From: Octopus sinensis
Lineage: Eukaryota
DNA length: 64,000 nucleotides
Direction: 5' to 3'
NCBI RefSeq assembly: GCF_006345805.1
Contig: NC_043002.1
Location: forward strand, 2,790,001-2,854,000
The position numbers and the translations under genes were made by a program. The notes under the pieces were generated by a model that saw only the letters and a list, made by a program, of their open reading frames with translations, had not been told where the DNA came from and ran no database searches. Within the stretch, counting starts at the first letter, position 1, and every line of letters starts with the position of its first letter. Of the stretch, positions 1 to 11,000 are shown piece after piece.

Positions 1-195
1 TGTTTTCTTCTTTTCCTTTTTTCTTTTTTCCTTTTCCTCTCTGTCTTTCTTCCTCTTTTTCTCTATCGTATGACTTTGTAATTGAACAATCTGGTGTGTT
101 TATTTTAATGGCCTACCAATATATACAGTGCGTTTCTTTGCCCTAGGTGTTGGGCAGACACTCGGAAAGAAATGGAAACAAAACTGAAAGAAGAT
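1..195 (+). mobile_element. 3' UTR remnant of an R4/Dong-like non-LTR retrotransposon
   Basis: 105-193 aligns by eye with the 3' UTR of the full-length copy at ~10372-10460 (TTTAATGGCCTACCAAT..GTTTCTTTGCCCTAGG..AGACACTCGG..AAGAAATGGAA..TGAAAGAAG). The rest of the element lies left of the window. Confidence 0.7.
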
Positions 196-352
196 TAGGA
201 GGAGGGGGAGGAGGAGGAGAGGAGGAGGAGGAGGAAGAAGAAGAAGAAGAAGAAGAAGAAGAAGAAGAAGAAGAAGAAGAAGAAGAAGAAGAAGAAGAAG
301 AAGAAGAAAAAGAAGAAGAAAAAGAAGAGGAAGAGGAAGAGGAAGAGGAAGA
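196..352. repeat. (GGA)n/(GAA)n purine microsatellite
   Basis: Directly visible. It produces the poly-E/poly-S portions of ORFs 147..908 and 143..520. Confidence 0.95.
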
Positions 353-1790
353 ATCAGGAAAGGCTACTTTCAATGCAGGGAAGTTCATAAAGGCAGAAAA
401 CATAGAACTTGATGCTACCACAGCTATTCGAAACCTAGACCAATCCGAAGTATACAAATATCTGGGAACCAATGAAGGTGACGGTATCCAGCACTCTAAA
501 ATGAAAGAGAAAATCTCCAAGGAATGCTACCGAAAGATAAGGACGGTCCTAAATTCAGAATTAAATGCTGCTATCAGAATTAATGCGATCAATTCTCTGG
601 CCATACCAGTAACCACCTTTGGCTTCGGTATCATTAAGTGGAGTCTCACTGACATGCAGATTATGGATGGAAAGATCGGTAAAATCTTTACAATGTATCG
701 AATGCACCATCCAAAATCAGATGTAGACAGGTTTTTTCTCTCAATAAAAATAGGTGGAAGAGGCTCGATACAGCTCAAACTCTCTTTCAAATCAGCAATA
801 ATAGGCCTTGAAACATGCCTTGATACAAGTGGTTTGCTCTTACGAAATACACTGAAGCATGAAGATTCCAAGCAAGCTTCAGCTATGAAGCTTAGTCAGA
901 AATTTTAAAAAGTTTCTTGGCCTACAGGTTAACAATAAAAATGACCAAAAACATCCAAATACTGAGAGACCAACCACTGCTTCTCCTGATTTAGAAATTA
1001 ACAATCAGAAATACCAACGAGATCCAAATAGTGACAAACCTATCACTGATGCAAAATACCTCAAACAAAAAGCAAAGAAGGCTTGCGTGAATAATATCGA
1101 AGGCAACTGGAAAGGTAAACTCCTGCCTGGAAAATACCCTCACCGCCTGTCCAAGCCAGATATTGATCAGAATCTAACACACCAATGGCTACAAGGGGCA
1201 GGTCTGTAAAGGAGAAAAAGAAGTTCTTGTTATTGCAGCACAAGATCAGAGATTAACAACCAGAAAATTCCATGCCAATGTCCTTAAAGATGGATCTGGC
1301 CCCTTGTGCAGAATTTGCGGAAAATTCACAGAGACAATCATGTTATTTCTAGCTGCCAAGTCCTTACTGAAAAGGAGTACCTCATATGACATGACAGACT
1401 AGGGCAGTTCATCCACTGGAATGCTTGTAAATACTACAAAATTAAATCCCATGATAAGTGGTACAGACACCATCCAGAGGATGTAGTAAATGGCGAGGGC
1501 GTCACCACCCTTTAGAACTTCTCAATACAAACAGACAGAAACACTGACTCCAATCGACCAGACATTGTGATCAAGGACTACGACAGAGGAACTTGTCTGT
1601 TAATAGATATACCTGACCCACAAGATCAAAATATCTCAAGAAAGGAATACGAAAAACTTTCTCAAATTGAAATCACAAAAATGTGGAAGCTTAGTACTAC
1701 GATAATAGCAGTAGTAATTGGAGCGTTGGGAATGATAAAGAAGAGAGCTGAGAAGTATATTAAGCACCTCCTTGGTGAACTACAAAAGAT
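353..1790 (+). mobile_element. 5'-truncated, degraded R4/Dong-like retrotransposon (RT thumb to RLE)
   Basis: Translations YKYLGTNEGDGIQHSKMKEKI, MHHPKSDVDR, AAQDQ, and PDIVIKDYDRGTCLLID..KEYEK..VVIGALGMIKK match the same regions of the 809-aa ORF. Several stops and frameshifts. Confidence 0.85.
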
Positions 1791-2680
1791 AACCATACTT
1801 ACTCCATATCTTACCCCGAAAAACTCGACCTTCATCAGCATCAGGGACTAATCTTTCACGCTTGTTATCATCATTAATCTCTTGATAAAATCTTTTTTTT
1901 TTTGGTCGGGTCTAAACAATTTGTTTCCCTGGTATTGCTTAATCCGTTGTTCAAACTTAGCTTTGTTTTTTGGGGTTTTTTTTTTTGCCTGTATTCGCTG
2001 CTTCAGTTCTTCAATTCCAACATTCAGGCCTTTTGTATCAAACACCATACTTCTTCCCAACTTTTTCGAATTTCCATTCATTCTTAAATTCTCCATTTCT
2101 TTTCCTGACTACATAAATTCACCCTACACTGTTCAAGGAGTTCATATCTTCAGACATTCTCCTTTTCCACCACTCTTGTTTATTCCCTCTTCTATCCGTC
2201 GCTGTTCTATTCTCAGTAGTTCTCAATTCCATCCTTTCCGCCACAATCCAATTAGCAGCCTTGATAAGATTATCCGTTCGTCTGGTGTTCTTTGTTTCAA
2301 TGTCTCTCAATACATTATTGACTTTATTCGTCTCTTGATTTAGTCTCCATTGGTTCGCCTTCATAAAGTCGCACACAAATTCTGTCCCTTCTATATTTAA
2401 TAGATCCACAATTCTGTCTATTATAAATCGATCGCCATTATTTCAGTAGTCACTGATCTCATTTCTTTCACAATTCATGGTATTATATTCCAGCGGACAA
2501 TTGTCCATCACTTCTTCCACCATATCGCTTTCATTTCTCGAACGCCCCACCTCACCCGTTATCCTTCCACCTCCAACTCTCTTAACCATCCGTTCTTTCC
2601 TATTGCTCTTAGTTGGGCACAGAATCTCTTTTCACTCATTTCCAACAATTCCATTCACTACCATTCACTGCGCATTCTTT
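1790..2680 (-). mobile_element. Pre-RT N-terminal fragment of a different R4-like lineage
   Basis: Minus-strand EWWKRR, EELKQRIQAK..KFEQRIKQYQGNKLFRPDQKK and VPDADEGR..KIWS correspond to the pre-RT region (TLKQNVQAKAQRIQRFEKR..FWKRIW in the full-length copy). Begins right after a (TAA)n tract. Confidence 0.7.
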
Positions 2681-2693
2681 ATTATTATTATTA

Positions 2694-2752
<59 letters not shown>

Positions 2753-2754
<2 letters not shown>

Positions 2755-3800
2755 TCAGTAGTCTTATTTTTATTAAGTGCTTTCACTTCACTGCCGAGCA
2801 CAACTCTGTGTCCCTTGGGTAAGTGTTATAGTTTGTTGTGATGCTCTTATTTTTACTGTATTGAAAGTGTTTTGCGTAGGATGTGTGCAGTGTCCAGTAG
2901 TGCAACTTTCTGTATGTTATATGTGTTTTTAAGTCCTGGTGTTTTTGTTATGTATTTGTCTGAATATTTTTTATCATGCCTAATGCGCCTACTATGATAG
3001 GAATTGTTTCTGTTTTTAGATTCCACATTCGAGTTACCTCTATTTCCAGGTCTTTGTATTTTGAGAGTTTCTCCATTTCTTTTAGAGACACATTGTCATC
3101 TGCTGGTATTGATACATCAGTTAGAAAGCATTTTTTTTCTTCATGATCTCTGACAACTATATCTGGTCTGTTGGCCTTAATTTCTCTATCTGTGTGTATT
3201 GGCATATCCCAGAGTCTGGTTGCTTTCTTGTTTTCTGTGACCTTTTCTGGTGTGTGCCTATACCATCTTTTTTCTGTTGTTATTCCATAATGTTGGCATA
3301 GCTTCCAGTGTATGTAGGTCCCGACTATGTCGTGTCTGTGAATATATTCCTTCTTAGCCAGGACTGGGCAGCTAGAGATAATATGATTTATTGTTTCTTG
3401 CCCATCTCCACATATTCTGCAGTTACTTGTTAAGTTTCTTTTCATTATATGTTTTTGGTAATTTCTGGTGGGGAGGCTTTGGTCTTGTGCTGCAATTAAA
3501 AATTCCTCTGTCTCTGCTTTGAGTCCTGAGCTTCTCAACCATTGCTGGGATTTTTCTTTGTCTATTTCTTTTGCGTTTAGTTTAGTCCAGTATTTACCAT
3601 GAAGGTGCTTTTCTTGCCATCGTTTTATCATGGTTCTTTGCTGTTCTAGTTTTAGTTTGGATTTCATTTGTTTATAGCTTTTGTTGTTTCTTCTTCTTCT
3701 TCATATTTGTTAGGAGGTTTGATTTCTTGTTTGTATTTGTCAGCTTCCTTAAATTCTGAGAACTGTTTTTTGTTTTGTTCGTGTTTTGTGGCTATTTGTA
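2753..3800 (-). mobile_element. R4/Dong-like 5'-truncated copy, array unit 1
   Basis: ORF 2948..3667 has the CRIC..ETINHIISSC zinc knuckle, RHD, RPDIVVRD, K..KY and VGALG RLE motifs. 3' UTR ends in a (TAA)n tail at 2680-2752. Confidence 0.92.
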
Positions 3801-3811
3801 TTATCATTATC

Positions 3812-3884
<73 letters not shown>

Positions 3885-3889
<5 letters not shown>

Positions 3890-4853
3890 TAGTTTTATTT
3901 TTATAGCGTGCTTTCACTTCACTACCGAGCGCAGCTCTGTGTGCCTTGGGTATGTGATGTGATTTGTTGTGACGCTCTGATGGTTATTGTATGGAAAGTG
4001 TTCTGCGTAGGATGTGTGCAGTGCCTAGTAGTGCAATTTTCTGTATGTTATATGTGTTTGTAAGTCCTGGTGTTTTTGTTATGTATTTGTCTGAATATTT
4101 TTTTATCATGCCTAATGCACCTACTATGATAGGAATTGTTTCTGTTTTTAGATTCCACATTCTGGTTACCTCTATTTCCAGGTCTTTGTATTTTGAGAGT
4201 TTCTCCATTTCTTTTAGAGACACATTGTCATCTGCCGGTATTGATACATCAGTTAGAAAGCATTTTTTTTTCTTCATGATCTTTGACAACTATATCTGGT
4301 CTGTTGGCCTTAATTTCTCTATCTGTGTGTATCGGCATATCCCAGAGTCTGGTTGCTTTCTTGTTTTCTGTGACCTTTTCTGGTGTGTGCCTATACCATC
4401 TTTTTTCTGTTGTTATTCCATAATGTTGGCATAGCTTCCAGTGTATGTAGGTCCCGACTATGTCATGTCTGTGAATATATTCCTTCTTAGCCAGGACTGG
4501 GCAACTAGAGATATGATTTATTGTTTCTTGTCCATCTCCACATATTCTGCAGTTACTTGTTAAGTTTCTTTTCATTATATGTTTTTGGTAATTTCTGGTG
4601 AGGCTTTGGTCTTGCGCTGCAATTAAAAATCCCTCTGTCTCTGCTTTGAGTCCTGAGCTTCTCAACCATTGCTGGGATTTTTCTTTGTCTATTTCTTTCG
4701 CGTTTAGTTTAGTCCAGTATTTACCATGAAGGTGCTTTTCTTGCCATCGTTTTATCATGGTTCGTTGCTGTTCTATTTTTAGTTTGGATTTCATTTGTTT
4801 TATAGCTTTTGTTGCTTCTTCATCTTCTTCTTCTTCTTCTTCATATTTATTAG
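3885..4853 (-). mobile_element. R4/Dong-like 5'-truncated copy, array unit 2
   Basis: ORFs 4249..4794 and 3984..4289 end in ALLGTAHILRRTLSIQ*. Near-identical to the body of unit 1. (TAA)n tail at ~3801-3884. Confidence 0.92.
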
Positions 4854-4913
<60 letters not shown>

Positions 4914-4918
<5 letters not shown>

Positions 4919-5343
4919 TAGTTTTATTTTTATAGCGTGCTTTCACTTCACTACCGAGCGCAGCTCTGTGTGCCTTGGGTATGTGTTGTGATTTGTTGTG
5001 ATGCTCTGATGGTTATGGTATGGAAAGTGTTCTGCGTAGGATGTGTGCAGTGCCTAGTAGTGCAATTTTCTGTATGTTATATGTGTTTGTAAGTCCTGGT
5101 GTTTTTGTTATATATTTGTCTATTTTTTTATCATGCCTAATGCACCTACTATGATAGGAATTGTTTCTGTTTTTAGATTCCACATTCTGGTTACCTCTAT
5201 TTCCAGGTCTTTGTATTTTGAAAGTTTCTCCATTTCTTTTAGAGACACGTTGTCATCTGCCGGTATTGATACATCAATTAGAAAGCATTTTTTTTCTTCA
5301 TGATCTCTGACAACTATATCTGGTCTGTTGGCCTTAATTTCTC

Positions 5344-5345
<2 letters not shown>
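4914..5345 (-). mobile_element. R4/Dong-like 5'-truncated copy, array unit 3 (shortest)
   Basis: Same 3' UTR as unit 2, truncated just upstream of the PD motif. (TAA)n tracts on both sides. Confidence 0.9.
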
Positions 5346-5396
<51 letters not shown>

Positions 5397-6608
5397 AGTA
5401 ATAGTAGGAGTTGAGCACCAGCCTTGACAGCGGCTGGAGGTGTTCCTCACTGCTCTGACAGTTCGGTGGCCGAAAGCCATAGAAACACTAATATGGGCCA
5501 GTTTAGCAACGGGGAAAAATAACTCTCAAAGACTGGAACATCTACAATACCTCGTGAGTATTTGAAATTCTCTTCAAAGTGGGTTAAGAAATTTACAAAT
5601 TTACATATCTGCAGCTTTCAAACATACATCCGATCGGCTTTAAAAACTTTAATACCCACAACTGCCTCTGTAAGTACCCTTTTTTTTTTTCTTCTCTCTA
5701 AAAACATCACGCTTTTCTTTTTGTGGACTTGCAAAACCCTAAAACTTTCTATGAAAATCTGACTTTTCTTTGCTTCCTCCAAGAATATTCAAATATAAAT
5801 GTAAACATATACTTTTTATTGCAAAAACACACCTGTTCTTCTAACTGGACATACAAACATCTCTAGAGGGGTCAACTTCAACCTCCACAATATTACCTTG
5901 CACGAAATATACAAACACTTTTTATTGCAATAACACAAACGCACATGGAAAAAAAAATGATGATGCTAAGATTCTCTCTGGTCGAACACAACTTCTCTAT
6001 TCACAAACAATACAGAACAGCCCTTCCTTAATTTTTCTTAAGGCTAATAGTAGTAAACATCTGAACTTTTTTTGACCCCACCTAAAAAAAAAAAAAATAT
6101 ATCACTGGTGGTGATGGTGATAATAATAATTGTAATAGTGCTGATAATCTATCTATCTATCTACACACACACACACACACACTCAAAGAGTTCAACCAAC
6201 ACAATCCTCACCTCTATTGTTAACCAAATATGAAAGTATTATTTGACAAGCAAGAACTCTGGCATTGAAGACAGTCAGCCAGCCAACCACCAAGCCAGCC
6301 AACGAGACAGACAGACACTACTACTGTGATGGTGATAAGGATAAAAAACAAAAATAACAATAATAAGATACTGCTGTGACTACACATAAAACAATATCAT
6401 TGATGATGATGGTGGTGATGGTGATGATGATAATGATGATGGTAATGGTGGTGATAATGATGATAGTGATAATAATGGTGATGATAATAACAATAATAAG
6501 CCGACTACGGCTGCTATAATGGTACGATTATAATTGTAACAGCAATGATGGCCGTCTCCCCACGAGCCAACCAAAGCTAAAAAATGATAACATTATCGTA
6601 GCACCAAA

Positions 6609-7867
6609 ATGTTTTTGGAAACTAAAAGGAAAACTAAATCAGTATACCAAATCGCTTGTCCTATGGTTAATCTGAAAGCGCGTCCCCCAGGGAAGAGCCA
6701 GCCTGGGACCGAAAAGTCATCAACTGGCACAAACTCTTCTCCGAATACGGACATGGATGGTCACTTGAACGGGAAATCCCCCAACTCGAGCCCTCCAAGT
6801 TCACCACCACAACCACCACAGAAAGAAGAATGTAAGCGGAACAAATGGACCCGAGAAGAGTATAAAGAAGTAATATACGCTTATTACTATGCATTAGGTA
6901 GGCCATCTCAAGAGAGACACACCGCAAACTCTTACAGTATATGGAGAACACGGAATCAAGACAGTAGGCCCTATTTGGACGAGAACAAATTAGCAAATGT
7001 GAGGAGGGATATCCTTAGAAATAACAGACTCACAGACAGTTAAATAAGCGCGATCAAGCACGCAACGGAAAATGACATAAATATAAGACACAAAGGAAAT
7101 GAAGAATCAGATGAACAGTATAGCCCGCCACGAGGCTTAATTGAAAGACTGCCATCTGACCAAAGTACGCAAAGGCCTGAAGATACAAGAAATTCTATTG
7201 TACCTGTTAAAGATAGCCAGGAAAACGAAAAAACAACAGTAACTGAAGATCTCGCATCTGCTGAAGAACACAGAGAGTCTATGGCAGAAATGAGGCAGAA
7301 AATCCTGAATACACTTGAAGTTGTAAGACATACAAGTATGAATGATAGAGAACCACTTCATAAACTCTCAAATACAAACCAAAATAAAAAACAAATCCAA
7401 ATTGGCAACTATGTAACAAATGAAATAATACGAGAATTAAAACCTGATTTTACTGAGTTAAATGAAATTATTTACGCTTCTGCTAGGGCAATTGAAACCA
7501 GCTGTATGCCCCCGAAAAAACAAAGAAAACAAAACCTGGGAAGAAATCAAACCTGGAGAAGTAAAATTGAAAAAGAGATTGAATTTATGAGAGGGGAAAT
7601 ATCAATATTAAATGAACTAATATGTGGAAATGATGTAAGATCCAGAACAGGAAGAAAGATGAAGAGAAAATTTGGATCCTCACCAAGAGAAGAACTGATA
7701 TCAATAAAATAAACGCTGAAACAAAATGTCCAAGCAAAAGCCCAAAGAATACAAAGATTTGAGAAGAGAAACAAGTTTTACAAGCAAAATAAGCTGTTCA
7801 CATCCAATGCCAAAAATTCTACAGAGAAATAGGGAAGGAGAAAGTAACCGTTAAAGACCCCTCTCCC
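6609..7867 (+). pseudogene. Disrupted N-terminal third of the R4 ORF
   Basis: ORFs 6609..7043 and 7281..7712 share a frame, with an open frame between them. In-frame TAA at 7041 and 7710. A one-base loss in the A run at 7812-7816 shifts into the 7868 frame (restores AKKFYREIG). Confidence 0.8.
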
Positions 7868-10297
7868 ATGGAAGAAGTTCAAAACTTTTGGAAAAGGATT
7901 TGGAGTGACAAGAAGACGTACAACATAAATGCAGACTGGATTATACAAACTGAAGGATCCTACCAAAATTTACAACAACAAGCATGGGAAGACATCACAA
8001 TAACAGACCTAAGAAAGGCACTCACGAAGGCCCATAATTGGAAATCCCCCGGTAAAGATAGGGTGCCGAATTTCTGGCTCGCATCGCTCCCATGCGCACA
8101 GGGTAAGCTAGTTCAGCTGCTTAATGGAATTATGAGAGACCCAAAGAAAACACCTGAATGGTTAGCAAGTGGCATTACTTACCTACTCCCAAAGAATAAC
8201 GAAACCAACCTTCCAAAAAACTATCGGCCTATAACCTGTCTATCCACCACGTATAAAATCCTAACATCTATCCTGGCGGAGAAAACATATGCATTCATGG
8301 AGAAGAACGATATTTTCCCCATTGAACAAAAAGGGTGCCGCCGAGGCTCTTACGGATGCAAAGATCAACTGCTAATCAATCGTATGATCCTTGAGAACTG
8401 TCACAACAAGCGCAGAAATCTCAGCACCGCATGGATTGACTATAAAAAGGCCTTCGACAGTATACCGCATCCATGGATCTTGAGATCGCTGGACATCTTC
8501 AAAATTTCCCCTGTGATTTCAAACTTCCTGAAGCACAATATGTCGTTGTGGAATCCGAATCTCCAATTATACCACTCTAATGGAGTACTTGCCTCAGAAA
8601 ATATAAACATCAACTGTGGAATTTTTCAAGGTGACTCACTTTCACCTTTAATATTCTGCATAGCCCTAATACCCCTTACAAGTGAATTAAACAGAACAGG
8701 GTATGGGTATAAAATTGCCAATAAAAAAATAAGCCATCTATTTTATATGGATGACTTAAAACTTTATGGTAAAGACAATAATGAACTTGAAGGCCTATTG
8801 TGCACTGTGAAAGCATTCAGCGATGACATCGGGATGGAGTTTGGACTTGAGAAGTGTGCCAAGGCCACTTTCCAGAAAGGGAAAGTGAAGACCACAAATT
8901 CAGTCGTGTTAGATGTTGACACAGTCATAAGAGAGCTTGAGCAAGAACAAACATACAAATATTTAGGGATAAATGAAGGCTCTGGTATTCAGCATGCAAG
9001 CATGAAAGAGAAGATCAGGAAGGAATGTTATAGGAGAGTTCGTGCAGTCCTGAAATCTGAACTAAATGCACGTAACAAGATGTTAGCTATAAATTCCTTA
9101 GCAGTTCCAGTTGTTACTTATAGCTACAATGTGTTGAACTGGAATATGAGTGAAGTAAAGAATATAGATAGGAAAATACGCAAGCTGCTGAGTTGTAATA
9201 GGATGCACCACCCAAAGGCAGACGTAGATCGCCTTTACCTTCCCAGAGCCCAAGGAGGTCGAGGCCTGATCCAATTTGAACTAGCTTACAAAACAACCAC
9301 AATTGGACTGGCCAAATATCTCGAAATATCGGATGACTGGATGCTAAAGCTCGTGGAAAATCACGAGAGACGAAAGAAGCTTCATTCTATTATAAAGGAA
9401 AGCAAAAAATTTGCTATTGATCTCGTGCAGGATACCCAAACAGAACAACCCGAGGGAAGTACGGCAATTATTGTTGCAAAGAAGGTGAAAATAATGGCAA
9501 CGAAAACAGCGCACGAGCAATTGGCTGATTGGTGGGAGGAGAAACCTCTGCACGGCAAATATGTGACCCGCAGCAAACAAGCTGATGTTGACCAGAAGCA
9601 AACCCATCAGTGGCTACGGAGCTCAGGGCTAAAAGCAGAGAGCGAAGGTTTCATCCTGGCTGCTCAAGATCAAAGCCTATTAACCCGGAACTACCAGGCC
9701 AATGTGATGAAAAATGGAGCAGACCCAAAATGCCGATTCTGCAACGACATGATTGAAACAGTGGACCACCTAATCTCTGGATGTAAAGTCTTAGCTCCAG
9801 TGGAGTATAAATTAAGACATGACAGAGTTGGCCAATATCTACACTGGCTAATAAGTCGGCATTACAATATCAAAACTGCCGACAAGTGGTATAATCACCA
9901 CCCTGAGGCTGTAACTGAAGGAGAAAATGTAACCATTCTGTGGGACTTTCCAGTACATACAGACCGAACCATCAAGGCCAATAAACCAGATATTGTTGTG
10001 AAAGACCAAAACAATAAAGTTTGCTTATTGATCGACATGAGCATCCCCTGTGATCATAATATCTCAGCGAAAGAGTTTGACAAGCTCAGAAAATATAAAG
10101 ACCTACTCATTGAAATTGAGAAAATGTGGCATCTCAAGGCGGTTACAATACCAGTGATCGTAGGAGCACTAGGAATGATCAAGAAGGGAACCGAAAATTA
10201 TATGAGAATGATCCCTGGCTTACCATCCCTGCAAGAAGTGCAAAAGATTGTCTTAACTGGTACATCACATGTATTGAGAAGAGCATTGTCGATGTGA
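7868..10297 (+). CDS. Reverse transcriptase plus CCHC knuckle plus restriction-like endonuclease (809 aa, R4 clade)
   Basis: RT motifs KSPGKD, NYRPITCL, EQKGCR, WIDYKKAFDSIPH, GIFQGDSLSP, LFYMDDLKLY, YKYLG. C-terminal CRFC..ETVDHLISGC, RHD, KPDIVVKD..LLIDMSIP, KLRKYKDL. Confidence 0.93.
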   Translation: MEEVQNFWKRIWSDKKTYNINADWIIQTEGSYQNLQQQAWEDITITDLRKALTKAHNWKSPGKDRVPNFWLASLPCAQGKLVQLLNGIMRDPKKTPEWLASGITYLLPKNNETNLPKNYRPITCLSTTYKILTSILAEKTYAFMEKNDIFPIEQKGCRRGSYGCKDQLLINRMILENCHNKRRNLSTAWIDYKKAFDSIPHPWILRSLDIFKISPVISNFLKHNMSLWNPNLQLYHSNGVLASENININCGIFQGDSLSPLIFCIALIPLTSELNRTGYGYKIANKKISHLFYMDDLKLYGKDNNELEGLLCTVKAFSDDIGMEFGLEKCAKATFQKGKVKTTNSVVLDVDTVIRELEQEQTYKYLGINEGSGIQHASMKEKIRKECYRRVRAVLKSELNARNKMLAINSLAVPVVTYSYNVLNWNMSEVKNIDRKIRKLLSCNRMHHPKADVDRLYLPRAQGGRGLIQFELAYKTTTIGLAKYLEISDDWMLKLVENHERRKKLHSIIKESKKFAIDLVQDTQTEQPEGSTAIIVAKKVKIMATKTAHEQLADWWEEKPLHGKYVTRSKQADVDQKQTHQWLRSSGLKAESEGFILAAQDQSLLTRNYQANVMKNGADPKCRFCNDMIETVDHLISGCKVLAPVEYKLRHDRVGQYLHWLISRHYNIKTADKWYNHHPEAVTEGENVTILWDFPVHTDRTIKANKPDIVVKDQNNKVCLLIDMSIPCDHNISAKEFDKLRKYKDLLIEIEKMWHLKAVTIPVIVGALGMIKKGTENYMRMIPGLPSLQEVQKIVLTGTSHVLRRALSM

Positions 10298-10512
10298 GAA
10301 CTGTTGCTGCTCATGTATTTTAATTTAACTTAAAAAAAAATTTTTTAAATGAACGAACTATTGAGTTTGGTTTAATGGCCTACCAATGTATACTATGAGT
10401 TTCTTTGCCCTAGGAGTCGGGAAGACACTCGGCAAGAAATGGAAGCAAATTTGAAAGAAGAAAAAAAAGTAATAATAATAATAATAATAATAATTATAAT
10501 AATAATGATAAT

Positions 10513-10739
10513 CCGTCTGTCTGTCCTTGTTTGCCCTCTCTGTGTTTAGCCCCTTGTGGGTAGTAAAGAAATAGGTATTTCGTCTGTCTTCATGTTCTGA
10601 GTTCAAATTCCACCGACGTCGACTTTGCCTTTCATCCTTTCGAGATCGATAAAATAAGTACCTGTTGAACATTGGGGTCGATGTAATCCACTTATCTTCT
10701 CCCCTCAAGTGGCTGTCCTTGTGGCACAATTTAAAACCA

Positions 10740-10740
<1 letters not shown>
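10513..10740 (+). mobile_element. SINE family S2, partial
   Basis: GAGTTCAAATTCCACCGACGTCGACTTTGCCTTTCATCC core shared with the 32605-32990 copy. Confidence 0.8.
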
Positions 10741-10791
<51 letters not shown>

Positions 10792-10832
10792 CAACATCAT
10801 CATCATCATCATCATCATCATTATTATTATTC

Positions 10833-11000
10833 ATGGTGCGTGCGGATGTTTTACATTCGAAATCAGTGTCCTAGAAACCGGGTCACAACCAGTTTCCTTT
10901 GATATCAAAGAACTTTCTTACAATCCTTGCTGTTCCCAATAGAGCAGGTTTCTGAATCAAAACATCTCTTGTAGTTACACCAACCTCAATAAGGGGACTC
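10833..11000 (-). mobile_element. 3' tip of another R4-like lineage
   Basis: Minus strand IQKPALLGTARIVRKFFDIKG, then a short UTR and a (TAA)/(TGA) tail at 10740-10832. Confidence 0.65.

Larger units (their letters stand above)
6550..10469 (+). mobile_element. Near full-length R4/Dong-clade non-LTR retrotransposon (~3.9 kb)
   Basis: One reconstructable ORF (6609-10297) with N-terminal KWTREEYKEVIYAYY motif, RT and RLE; ~170-bp 3' UTR; (TAA)n tail at 10470-10512. The 5' boundary is approximate, after a mixed GAT/GGT/TAA tract. Confidence 0.95.

Noticed and set aside
5412-5500. HDV-like or hammerhead ribozyme fit
   Set aside because: CTGACAG is not a valid core and the P1/P2/P3 order could not be satisfied. 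Kept only as an unexplained structured segment.
6545-6720. 5' self-cleaving ribozyme on the full-length R4
   Set aside because: Only a simple hairpin (TGGCCGT..ACGAGCCA) was found, with no double-pseudoknot topology by eye.
7041-7712. Alternative genetic code (TAA read as Gln) to explain in-frame stops
   Set aside because: Single substitutions from CAA or GAA explain the stops in a decaying TE copy, and the element also has a frameshift.
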